Positions 18,760 to 27,100 of a stretch of DNA of 64,000 nucleotides are shown here, one piece after another (within the stretch, counting starts at the first letter, position 1; every line of letters begins with the position of its first letter). A model generated the notes under the pieces. It did no database searches, was not told the DNA's origin, and saw nothing but the letters and a program-made list of their open reading frames with translations. The DNA comes from an uncultured Planctomycetales bacterium (GTDB taxonomy: Bacteria; Omnitrophota; Gorgyraeia; Zapsychrales; JAHFFX01): assembly GCA_964612665.1 (NCBI GenBank), contig CAZTCI010000001.1:252896-316895 (forward strand). Direction: 5' to 3'. A program made the position numbers and the translations under genes.

Positions 18760-20112
18760 GTGGCCTCTATAAAAAGTGTAACATTTTTTTGTGGCCGTAT
18801 GCCAGGTAGGTACACACAGGAGTTGACATTGCCCTCGCTTATAGGATTAATTAAAAAAACTTATAAAATGGTCTCTCCGCTGGAGCGCCAGGTCGTCATG
18901 AAAAATGTCGCCGCGCTTTCTGTCCTGCAAGCGATCACTTATGTCTTGCCAATTCTTATTCTTCCCTATTTGTTTCGAGTTATCGGCCCGGAAAAATTTG
19001 GGTTGATTGCCTTCGCCCAGGCCTTTGTCCAATATTTCATTATCTTGACGGATTATGGATTCAACATTTCAGCCACACGCGAAATTTCTCTGGCACGACA
19101 CCATCATGCCAAGGTTTGTAATGCTTTCTCAGCGGTCATGACAATTAAGATTGGACTCGCGATTTTAAGCTTGTTCGGGCTTAGCCTCATTGTTTACTTC
19201 GTACCAAAATTTCATAATGACTGGGTCGTCTATATTTTTAGTTTTGGGTCTGTCATTGGAAGCACACTTTTTCCAGTTTGGTTTTTTCAAGGCACTGAAA
19301 AAATGAAACACATTGCAGAGCTTAACATCGTAGGCGGGATTGTTTACGCGGTTTGCATTTTATTGTTGGTACGAAGGCCGGAAGACTATTTGAAAGTGCC
19401 GCTCGTTAATTCCTCGATCTCCTTAATCACCGGACTCGCGGCTCAATACATGATTTTTAGAAAATTCAAAATCACTTTTCAGTTTCAGCAGGGTCATCAT
19501 CTGCGCCAGCAGTTGAAAGCCGGCTGGGATATTTTTATTTCGATTGCGGCGATCAACGCTTATACATCGACGAGAGTCTTTGTGATTGGACTTTTTACTA
19601 ACAATGCGTTGACTGGTTTTTATTCAATTGCCGAACGCATTGCAAACGCCTGTCAAACGTTCCCGCTGTGGTCGTTTTCACAAGCGATTTTTCCGCGGCT
19701 GAGCGCAATCTTTCATAAAAATAAAACAAAAGCTTTTCGAATCATGCAGCGGATCCGCAATATTACAGTCATCATTTCTTTGATCTGCCTGCCGCTCATT
19801 TTTAGCTTCGCGCATATTATTGTACGGATTATCTGCGGGGCTGATTATCCTGCGGTTGTCATTTCGCTAAGGATTTTGTTAGTCGCTGTTTTCTTTGTAA
19901 GCGCGAATGCTTTTCCCGTGCAATTTCTTTTAGTGTGCGGCAAAACGCAAATTTATTCGCGCATCCATGTCATGATGGCGATGGTCGGACTTCCATTGAT
20001 TGTGCTTTTGACGTATTCGTTTTCGTATGCGGGAGCGGCGACTGCGACGGTAATAATTGAGGGAGGGATTTTTCTGATTACTTATTTTACAGTAAAATGG
20101 TTACGATTTTAG
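18760..20112 (+). CDS. oligosaccharide flippase (Wzx / polysaccharide biosynthesis protein family)
   Basis: About 12 TM segments; the N-terminal region matches the Wzx/PST-family pattern. The real start is probably the internal Met near 18868 (MVSPLERQ...). Confidence 0.7.
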   Translation: MASIKSVTFFCGRMPGRYTQELTLPSLIGLIKKTYKMVSPLERQVVMKNVAALSVLQAITYVLPILILPYLFRVIGPEKFGLIAFAQAFVQYFIILTDYGFNISATREISLARHHHAKVCNAFSAVMTIKIGLAILSLFGLSLIVYFVPKFHNDWVVYIFSFGSVIGSTLFPVWFFQGTEKMKHIAELNIVGGIVYAVCILLLVRRPEDYLKVPLVNSSISLITGLAAQYMIFRKFKITFQFQQGHHLRQQLKAGWDIFISIAAINAYTSTRVFVIGLFTNNALTGFYSIAERIANACQTFPLWSFSQAIFPRLSAIFHKNKTKAFRIMQRIRNITVIISLICLPLIFSFAHIIVRIICGADYPAVVISLRILLVAVFFVSANAFPVQFLLVCGKTQIYSRIHVMMAMVGLPLIVLLTYSFSYAGAATATVIIEGGIFLITYFTVKWLRF

Positions 20113-20172
20113 AAATTCGTCACCCAACATGAGGAGTGGCGCACTATACGGGGAGCTGATTATCTCAGCTCA

Positions 20173-20478
20173 TCACTTAGCAAGAACACTGATTATAAAT
20201 CCCACACCTACCAAAACGCTAGGCATTACCAATAAAATCCAACCTATAAAAACCATCGCCCAACCTGGTGTTTCTCTTATAACAAAAAAAGCTACTTTTG
20301 ATTTTCCCAAATACTCACCAAACCATATAAACGATAGGGTGATCGTCCCCAATAGAAACATATAAAACATTCCAAACGGCCCTAATGCCATAAGGCCCAA
20401 AAATAAATTAATAAAAGCAACTATAAGAGAAGCGAATCTTGATTTATTATCAGATATCCACTCGCGGATTTCATTCAT
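20173..20478 (-). CDS. small integral membrane protein (hypothetical)
   Basis: 101 aa with 3 hydrophobic helices. The antisense ORF 20129..20365 is presumed spurious. Confidence 0.4.
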   Translation of the reverse strand: MNEIREWISDNKSRFASLIVAFINLFLGLMALGPFGMFYMFLLGTITLSFIWFGEYLGKSKVAFFVIRETPGWAMVFIGWILLVMPSVLVGVGFIISVLAK

Positions 20479-20509
20479 TGCTCTTTATACGAATTGGCTC
20501 GACGCAAAA

Positions 20510-20896
20510 TTAAGGTGTATGTGAACTTGAACTAGAGCTGGAACTTGAGCTCGAACTCGAAGAAGAACTCGAGCTTGAACTGGAACTGGAAGATGAACTC
20601 GAACTAGAACTGCTGCTTGAGGAAGAACTCGAGCTGGAACTCGAACTCGCGTTATCGGTAACGGTGTGGTGTGTCGTACCATTTGGGTCCGTCGTTGTGA
20701 TGTCGGTATGCGTGTGCCGATAATTAGGAGAATTCGGATCCGGCGGTGTCGGAGATGTAGGCGGCGTTGGCTTTTTAATAGCAAGAGCGTTTGTACTTAA
20801 TGCCAAGGTCACAACAACGGCGAAAAATAAATTACGGGCGAGCGTTTTACTCATGAGGTCTTCCTTTCGTTTAAGAAAGTTAGAATTGAGTTTCAA
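20510..20896 (-). CDS. secreted Pro/Thr/His-rich protein with about 50-residue poly-serine tract
   Basis: Signal peptide MSKTLARNLFFAVVVTLALSTNALA (likely start near 20854); the poly-Ser run is encoded by the 20521..20650 repeat. Confidence 0.5.
   Translation of the reverse strand: MKLNSNFLKRKEDLMSKTLARNLFFAVVVTLALSTNALAIKKPTPPTSPTPPDPNSPNYRHTHTDITTTDPNGTTHHTVTDNASSSSSSSSSSSSSSSSSSSSSSSSSSSSSSSSSSSSSSSSSSHTP
20521..20650. repeat. imperfect tandem hexanucleotide repeat (GARCTN)n
   Basis: About 21 units of GAACTT/GAGCTG/GAACTC... It reads poly-Ser on the minus strand, (Glu-Leu)n on the plus strand and (Val/Arg/Ala/Pro-rich) in the third frame, and uses all six Ser codons. Confidence 0.7.
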
Positions 20897-21169
20897 GAAA
20901 ATTATAACAAGCGGTTTGATGGTTTTGAGAAAAATATGGTTTTTTTCAACTGCGGAGGAAAATCATGTGGTTTCAATTAAAAATTTATTAAACTTCTAGC
21001 TTCTTCTCTACTTTCAAGCGGGACATAAATTCTATATTGATCTATAGCGGTTCTTATCGGCACTCCCCAGCATATTTTCTCGAAAATAAGGACTTCCCCG
21101 CATTTGAGCTTCGCAGAACATTCTACGGAACCCAACACGAAATGGAACGGAGTATTGGGTGAAGTAGAG

Positions 21170-21592
21170 TGGAGGTGCCGGGAATTGAACCCGGGTCCTC
21201 GGGTGACTTTGTATAAGTGACTACATGCTTAGTTTGTCTATTAAGATTCGCCTTATTGTCTCCGGCAAACAGGATTGAACAAGACTAGCTTTCTTTAATC
21301 TCATCGCTGATGTGAAAGCGCCATCAACAACCAGCCTGCTAGTGTCCTCAATGTCAACTCACAGGCGAAGCTGACACGAGGGCTAAGCTGCTATGAGCTT
21401 AGACAGGTGTCGCAACGGCTTCAGCCGGAGCTTTGCTTTTGGCAAATTCCGCCATGACGCCGTTGAACGTCAACGCGTTGTTTTTTGCGTGTATTTTTGC
21501 CAGGATGATTAACGAGGCCAACCAGGCGTCCTCGGCATGCCACCTTATACACTGTACACTCAAGTCGAGACCAATCACCCCCGAAGGGAATT
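21170..21592 (-). ncRNA. ssrA: tmRNA (transfer-messenger RNA, SsrA)
   Basis: Minus-strand 5' end GGGGGUGAUUGGUCUCGACUUGAGUG matches the tmRNA consensus. The PK1 region GGUGGCAUGCCGAGG...UUGGCCUCG is near-identical to E. coli. An internal tag ORF ends ...AEAVATPV-UAA. The 3' end GGGUUCAAUUCCCGGCACCUCCA forms T-arm plus acceptor stem; CCA is not encoded. Confidence 0.85.
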
Positions 21593-21694
21593 TCAAATTG
21601 GATGTGTAAAGTGCTGGTAAGTTTAAAAGAACGGCTTAATTATACGTGAAAATCGACGAGGAAGCAACTTGAGGCTTTTACTTTTATAGAAAAA

Positions 21695-21865
21695 CTAAAA
21701 CCCTCTTCTCTTCAACTCCTCCCAAATCTTTTTACTTTTACGCGGCATGAAACGGTCGAAGAAATCATTCATCTCTTCGATCATGGTCAATTTTTTACGG
21801 ACAGGAAGCTTGATGTAGGCTTTTAAATCTTCATCGTCGTATTCACGATATTTTCTACGCTTCAT
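21695..21865 (-). CDS. small basic protein (56 aa), possible partner of the upstream nucleotidyltransferase
   Basis: MKRRKYREYDDEDLKAYIKLPVRKKLTMIEEMNDFFDRFMPRKSKKIWEELKRRGF; its start overlaps the upstream gene stop by 11 nt. Below the track size cutoff. Confidence 0.3.
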   Translation of the reverse strand: MKRRKYREYDDEDLKAYIKLPVRKKLTMIEEMNDFFDRFMPRKSKKIWEELKRRGF

Positions 21866-22349
21866 GCCGAAGCTCCTTAATCTGCTTAAGACCCTTGATG
21901 TCTAATTTATCTCTATCACGGGACGCTACTTTTTTCATTTCAATTAAATCAGAAATATTAATCACCGAAATGCTTAATGCCCCATCTTTAAAAATCTTTT
22001 TTCTTGTATATGCTTTTTTAAAGTCAATCGGATGATCAATAACGACATCCAAATATTTTCTCTGAAAGTTAGGCTCATAAAGGGTAAAGGCTTTCATATT
22101 TTTCTGGTTAATCCATTCTTCTCTTAAGTTAACTTTAGCAAAATCAGCAACCTTAACCGGCACCCTAGGCACTAATTTCAAATTATTGACCGCTTTCACA
22201 AACTTTCTTAAATTTGAATCTTCAAGCAAAAGAATGACATCCAAATCAGCTGTTGCCCGATAAAAACCATATAAATTAACAGCGACACCGCCGACCACTA
22301 AATATTTGACCTTCTGGCGATTTAATTCTTTTATAATTTTCTCAAGCAT
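21855..22349 (-). CDS. nucleotidyltransferase-fold protein (minimal nucleotidyltransferase-like / AbiEii-like)
   Basis: KYLVVGGVAVNLYGFYRATADLDVIL matches the GG..(h)..G..R.T.DLD polymerase-beta nucleotidyltransferase signature; 164 aa. Confidence 0.5.
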   Translation of the reverse strand: MLEKIIKELNRQKVKYLVVGGVAVNLYGFYRATADLDVILLLEDSNLRKFVKAVNNLKLVPRVPVKVADFAKVNLREEWINQKNMKAFTLYEPNFQRKYLDVVIDHPIDFKKAYTRKKIFKDGALSISVINISDLIEMKKVASRDRDKLDIKGLKQIKELRHEA

Positions 22350-22412
22350 TCAATTTTCCTCTTTGCTTCAATTATATCTGAAGTCCCTTGGAACGATACA
22401 AAACAATACAAC

Positions 22413-22871
22413 TTATTGCCGCTTCGGCTTACTCAGCCGCTTGACTTCGCGATCGATGTCTCGGCGCTTGATGTCTTCTCTTTTATCATAAAGTTTTTTA
22501 CCCTGCGCCAGGGCAACTTCCACTTTGACAAACCCGCGTTTGTTAAAATAAATTCTGGTTGGAACGAAGGTTAATTTTTTTTGAGTAATTGCGGCCGTAA
22601 TTCTTTCGATTTCCCGTTTGTTAAGCAAAAGTTTTCGCGCGCGATCGACGGCAGTATTCATGTAACTTGCTTGCGCATAAGGATTGATATGTAGATTATA
22701 AAGAAATATTTCGCCCTTATCGACACGGGCAAAACTGTCCGCAAAACTCACCCCTCCGTCGCGCAGCGATTTGACTTCTCCTCCGCTTAAGGCAATGCCC
22801 GCTTCCCATTTTTCCAAAAGGAAAAAATCACGGTAAGCTTTTTTATTGGTTGCAATTACTTTAAAGTCCAA
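22413..22871 (-). CDS. smpB: SsrA-binding protein SmpB
   Basis: 152 aa; VIATNKKAYRDFFLLEKWEAGIALSGGEVKSLR... is typical of SmpB; lies 1.3 kb from ssrA. Confidence 0.9.
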   Translation of the reverse strand: MDFKVIATNKKAYRDFFLLEKWEAGIALSGGEVKSLRDGGVSFADSFARVDKGEIFLYNLHINPYAQASYMNTAVDRARKLLLNKREIERITAAITQKKLTFVPTRIYFNKRGFVKVEVALAQGKKLYDKREDIKRRDIDREVKRLSKPKRQ

Positions 22872-22875
22872 TTCT

Positions 22876-23868
22876 TCAAACCCCTTTGAGCCAAAAATAT
22901 AGCATGAGAAAAACCGGGATAGTGATGATGCTCACCAAATGACTTAAGACCAAACCTTGATTTAAAAAACCATCTTCAAGCTCATAATGTCTCGCAATAA
23001 CCGACAGCGTCGTTGCGCTGGGAACGGCGGCTTCCAGAACAATAAGAAAGCCGATTAAATATTCCACCGGTATTGCCGTCACAATCAAAAGCGCCAACAA
23101 CGGAAGTATGACGAGCTTCGCGCCCAAAACCGCCGCCAAATCACGCTTATGCATATCGCTTCGTTTAAGCCGCGCGAGATTTCCGCCGACGATAATCATG
23201 GACAAAGGCAGTGTGCAATCGCCGAACATCTTCACGGGTTTCATCATTAAATCAGGAATAAAATGGTTTAACCCGAAGTAGACCAATAAAAGAGAAAGCG
23301 TAATGGCCGTGATGGGGCCGTTCATGATTTGTTTTAATTCAAATTTTTCAATCTTGTGACGGGTCAAAAGCCAAACGCCAAGCGACCAAATTAAAAGATC
23401 AAATCCAATCAAAAATAAAAAAATATAAATGTAAAGGGTTTGAACTTGAGTTGCCGGCAACAACGTGGCGACTAATATTAGAGGTAGGTAGCCTGAATTT
23501 TGGAAACTGATCAGTCCAACGAATTCTCGTTTATGTTTTATCTTGGAGTCGAGATTGACAATCAATTGGGCAAGCGCAAATCCGGTTAGATTAATTCCAA
23601 AACTAATTAAAGGAAACCACCACCAATTTGGATAGGAAGAAAAACTAAAGCTCGAAAGCAAATGAGAAAGAATAAACGCCGGCAGGAAGAAATTTACAAC
23701 CAAACGGCTAAAAAGATTCAAGCCGTTCTCGTCGATAATTTTTTTTTGGGTAAGAAAATAACCGCAACCGCCCATTAAAAGGATTTGGAGAGTGCCGGCC
23801 AAAGTCGTTTGGAAAGATAGAGGAAACATCGCTCGCGCATTATATCCTTCGCTTCCTAAAATTTGCAA
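22876..23868 (-). CDS. AEC (auxin efflux carrier) family transporter
   Basis: 330 aa, about 10 TM helices, two-domain AEC/malonate-permease-like pattern. Confidence 0.65.
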   Translation of the reverse strand: MQILGSEGYNARAMFPLSFQTTLAGTLQILLMGGCGYFLTQKKIIDENGLNLFSRLVVNFFLPAFILSHLLSSFSFSSYPNWWWFPLISFGINLTGFALAQLIVNLDSKIKHKREFVGLISFQNSGYLPLILVATLLPATQVQTLYIYIFLFLIGFDLLIWSLGVWLLTRHKIEKFELKQIMNGPITAITLSLLLVYFGLNHFIPDLMMKPVKMFGDCTLPLSMIIVGGNLARLKRSDMHKRDLAAVLGAKLVILPLLALLIVTAIPVEYLIGFLIVLEAAVPSATTLSVIARHYELEDGFLNQGLVLSHLVSIITIPVFLMLYFWLKGV

Positions 23869-24326
23869 TATCTAATTTCAGAATGCGAAGAATACTCCAA
23901 CAACCTACGGTTATTGAAACGCACCACAAAAATATTTTTAGGCACGAGTGATATGACAACTGAATATTTTATTCCAGAACGAAGCAGCCAGCATACCTCA
24001 GGCGGGACTTGCCCAGAACGGATTCAGAATCCGATAATAACGCATCGCTCTGAAAACGCGCAACCGTAAACACTGCCCTCTGAATATGGGCGCGAAGGCA
24101 ATTAGAGAAGCAATAACAAACGTTAGTTCAGGACTAAGCCCCGCAGCACTTACAGATTTACGGAAAACGGTTAGGAAAAAACAACGGAAAGCAATAAGAA
24201 TGGTTAAATGAGCGCATTGTTACAAGATGATAGTGCGTTTATTGTACTTGTTATTATCAAATTCGCCATCTTTAAAAAAAAATTTTTAAGAAACTTTTTC
24301 TAGGATAAAGTTAAGGTGAGGATGAG

Positions 24327-24355
24327 TTGACAGCGAAATTGTTTGTCGGTATACT
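24327..24355 (+). promoter_or_regulatory. near-consensus sigma70 promoter upstream of tRNA-Leu leader
   Basis: TTGACA(24327)-17 nt-TATACT(24350). Confidence 0.45.
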
Positions 24356-24640
24356 TCATAAAGATTTTTCAAGAATAACTAATGCGATTCTGTTCGAGGT
24401 TCCAAAAATATTTTGGCAGCTGTCGCGGAAGTGTCCTTCGCTGCCATATTTCTTATTGAGCGAAGGACAACTTTCCGCCTTTTTCTAAAAAATATTGTGG
24501 TCAAGCGGAAGTGGGTCTTCTACGCTTCCATACTTTCGTGTGGAAGCTTCGAAGCACCACGGTTCTAAAAATCTTATTTATTGCTTCGTCGGAGCCTGCT
24601 CCTACGAAGCTCAAACACAAAAGTATTTGAGCGTAGTAGA

Positions 24641-24722
24641 GCGGAAGTGGCGGAATTGGTATACGCGCAGGTCTCAGAAGCCTGTGCCGCAAGGCTTGAG
24701 AGTTCAAATCTCTCCTTCCGCA
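24641..24722 (+). tRNA. tRNA-Leu (anticodon CAG)
   Basis: GCGGAAG acceptor; D-arm GCGG...CGCG; anticodon loop CUCAGAA; long variable arm UGCCGCAAGGCUUG; T-arm AGAGUUCAAAUCUCU; 3' CCUUCCGC-A. The track shows overlapping ORFs on both strands here, as is common for tRNAs. Confidence 0.85.
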
Positions 24723-24935
24723 TTTTCTCATAATATCTTTCCCAAAAATGCTTATCCGCACTTTCACATTCTCTTAAGTAATTCATAAGAAATAATCAGG
24801 CCTTAAATTTTTACTATTTCAGGGTATTTCAAGATATCTATGAAACAGATTGTTGCCTAATCAACTACAAGATATACTTTATTTAAAGGCAACAATATTT
24901 TTGATATTTTCTTCCATAAGAGAGAGATTAATTGC

Positions 24936-25415
24936 ATGAAAACTATTTATCGAAACGCTTTTACCATCATGGAATGCCTCATTGTTGTTTTATTAATAGG
25001 AATTGTCGTCGCTTTCATTGTGCCATCCTATTCAAAGATACAGATAAAAATGACAGAAAAGACAGCGGCGGCCAATCTAAGAATGATTGAATCATCTATC
25101 CTATTATATAGAAGCCAAAACAGTAGTTCTCCTTCTTCGAATCTTTCCGATATTAGTCAAATTAATACAACGTTCGGTTTAAATATTTTCCCAGATATAC
25201 TGAGTTATTCATGCCGTTTTGATCAAGCGCCGGGTGACTACTGTTATCCTTATGAATGTGCAGCTCAGTCTCCCGACGGTTGGCAGCTCCACATATGCGG
25301 CACCGAGCCTCAAAATCATGTCCATTGTAATACTGGGACACTCCCAAGGGGAGATTGTCCCTCTTGCTGGCGAGGGGTAGGCGGAGGGTGTTATATATAT
25401 GGCGCAGGAGGATAA
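24936..25415 (+). CDS. type IV pilin-like protein (prepilin-type N-terminal cleavage/methylation domain) with Cys-rich C-terminal domain
   Basis: Short basic leader MKTIYRNA then FTIMECLIVVLLIGIVVAFIVPSY (Glu at +5, hydrophobic alpha1-N helix); 8 Cys in the C-terminal 60 residues; Gly-rich tail. Confidence 0.6.
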   Translation: MKTIYRNAFTIMECLIVVLLIGIVVAFIVPSYSKIQIKMTEKTAAANLRMIESSILLYRSQNSSSPSSNLSDISQINTTFGLNIFPDILSYSCRFDQAPGDYCYPYECAAQSPDGWQLHICGTEPQNHVHCNTGTLPRGDCPSCWRGVGGGCYIYGAGG

Positions 25416-25424
25416 TGATAATAT

Positions 25425-25865
25425 ATGCTTAAAAGGATTCGAAGAGCTTTTACTCTTATGGAATTAATGATGGTATTGGTGATATTGACAATTATAATGA
25501 CTTTCGTAATTCCATCTTATAAGAAAACTAGTGACAAAATGACTGAAAAAACAGCCGCCTGGAATCTTATTAGCATTAGAACTGGTTTAAATTTGTATAA
25601 AACTGCCCAAGGCGGCTATCCAACTTTCAATTTGAATAATGCAAATGCGATCAGTAACACACTTGGTATCGCGATTATTCCTGGTAATATAACTTATCAA
25701 TGCATATTGATGTCTTCAAACACCTATGATTGCCAGGCAACGACTTCCGCTGGCTGGCAAGTGCATATTGAAAGTGGATTTATCCCAGGCGACCCCCATT
25801 GCAACTCAACCAATCCTCCTTGTCCGACCTGTACTATGACGGCCAAGTGTCCATTTCTTCCGTAA
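25425..25865 (+). CDS. type IV pilin-like protein, paralog of 24936..25415
   Basis: MLKRIRRA then FTLMELMMVLVILTIIMTFVIPSY; shared KMTEKTAA and GWQ[LV]HI motifs with the upstream paralog; 6 Cys C-terminally. Confidence 0.6.
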   Translation: MLKRIRRAFTLMELMMVLVILTIIMTFVIPSYKKTSDKMTEKTAAWNLISIRTGLNLYKTAQGGYPTFNLNNANAISNTLGIAIIPGNITYQCILMSSNTYDCQATTSAGWQVHIESGFIPGDPHCNSTNPPCPTCTMTAKCPFLP

Positions 25866-25969
25866 GAAAATTTAACATTATAAAAATTAATGAAAAAATT
25901 GTTGGGTTATACGTCGCAAGCTATACTTTAGAAAGTAAATTGCTTCTAATTTCATTGCAAAATTAATCC

Positions 25970-27100
25970 ATGCCCAGAATATTAATTGCGTTAAGTCTTT
26001 GTCCTCTTTTTTTATTTCATTTCTTTATTGGTAAAGCCTTTGCTCACTACTCTGGTCAAAGTTTTACAACGTTATCCGTTAACAATACCGCAATAACCGG
26101 GCAAACCGATATTTGTCTTAACGATCTTTCCTTAGATCTTCCCTTAGATACCGATGGAAACGGAGATATTTCCTTACCAGAAGTACAAGCTCAACAAGAC
26201 AAAATCGCTACATACTTCAACAACAACATTTCTTTGCAGCTGGACGCGGAATCAGTTGTCCTTAAACCGGTTTCTTTTAAGCTTGTTGATTTTGGCCAAT
26301 GCCGCTATTTGCAAACACATTGGGAAATTAATCATGCCACTATCCGGCCTCATTCAATTAAAATTAAAATAAATATACTCCTGGACAAAAAACCCCAATT
26401 CATTAATTTTGTGGCTTTGAATGAAGGCAAAGAGGTGCGATCTGCAGTATTAACATCAAGTAATCCCCGTTCCGAATTATTTTTAGACAAGGGGCAAGAA
26501 TTTCTGGCTTTTATACGTTATGGAATCTTCCATATCGGGACGGGTATTGATCATCTTTTTTTCCTTATATTGCTCATCTTTAATGTTTTCATGGCCTCGG
26601 GAAATGATCGGCAAAAAAAAGAAAAAAACTTTCCAGCCCTTCTGTTCGACATCACTAAACTAGCGACGGCCTTTACAGTTGCTCACTCCTCGACATTATG
26701 CTTATCCGTTTTAGATATTTACTCCATGCCTCAACAAGTCGTTGAGACTGTAGTTATTTTGTCTATCATTTTTGTGGGTTTAAACGATATCTTTAATTTT
26801 TATACCGGGCGGGAATGGTTATTAATTTTTATTTTTGGGCTGTTCCATGGATTGGGTTTTGCGGATGGGCTTAAAAATTTAGGGTTGTCGGGCGGTAATT
26901 TGGCGGTCCCTCTCTTCGGATTTAACCTTGGTATAGAAATTGGACAAATTATTTTAATTGCATGCTTGCTTCCCACCTTATATATTCTTTCCCGGCGCTG
27001 GAAGCCGCTTCTTCAACTCCTTATTGGATTGTGCTGGACGATTGTCAGTATAAGCGTATTCTGGCTGTTGGAACGGTTCTCATCCTACATTTTCCATTAG
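25970..27100 (+). CDS. HupE/UreJ_2-family membrane protein with inserted periplasmic domain
   Basis: Signal peptide ending ...KAFA|HYSG (exposed His, as in the HupE family). C-terminal TM block contains TVAHSSTL, FGLFHGLGFA and GFNLGIEIGQ motifs of the HupE_UreJ_2 family. About 170 extra residues lie between the signal peptide and the TM block. Confidence 0.5.
   Translation: MPRILIALSLCPLFLFHFFIGKAFAHYSGQSFTTLSVNNTAITGQTDICLNDLSLDLPLDTDGNGDISLPEVQAQQDKIATYFNNNISLQLDAESVVLKPVSFKLVDFGQCRYLQTHWEINHATIRPHSIKIKINILLDKKPQFINFVALNEGKEVRSAVLTSSNPRSELFLDKGQEFLAFIRYGIFHIGTGIDHLFFLILLIFNVFMASGNDRQKKEKNFPALLFDITKLATAFTVAHSSTLCLSVLDIYSMPQQVVETVVILSIIFVGLNDIFNFYTGREWLLIFIFGLFHGLGFADGLKNLGLSGGNLAVPLFGFNLGIEIGQIILIACLLPTLYILSRRWKPLLQLLIGLCWTIVSISVFWLLERFSSYIFH

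Noticed and set aside
20521-20650. Possible CRISPR array or simple-sequence phase-variation tract
   Set aside because: The units are 6 nt with no spacers and no cas genes. The codon-diversified pattern encodes poly-Ser within a secreted protein rather than a homopolymeric slippage tract.
20485-20784. 99-aa alternative-frame ORF through the hexamer repeat (Arg/Val/Pro-rich)
   Set aside because: Same repeat read in another frame. The poly-Ser frame has a signal peptide and is longer; the alternative lacks a plausible start context.
20129-21170. Genomic island integrated at the tmRNA 3' end
   Set aside because: No direct repeat of the ssrA 3' terminus, integrase or phage genes downstream of ssrA within the window; the adjacent genes look chromosomal.
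21399-21596. 65-aa ORF on the minus strand from the six-frame track
   Set aside because: Lies entirely inside the tmRNA (ssrA) and is its tag-encoding and upstream pseudoknot region; not a protein gene.
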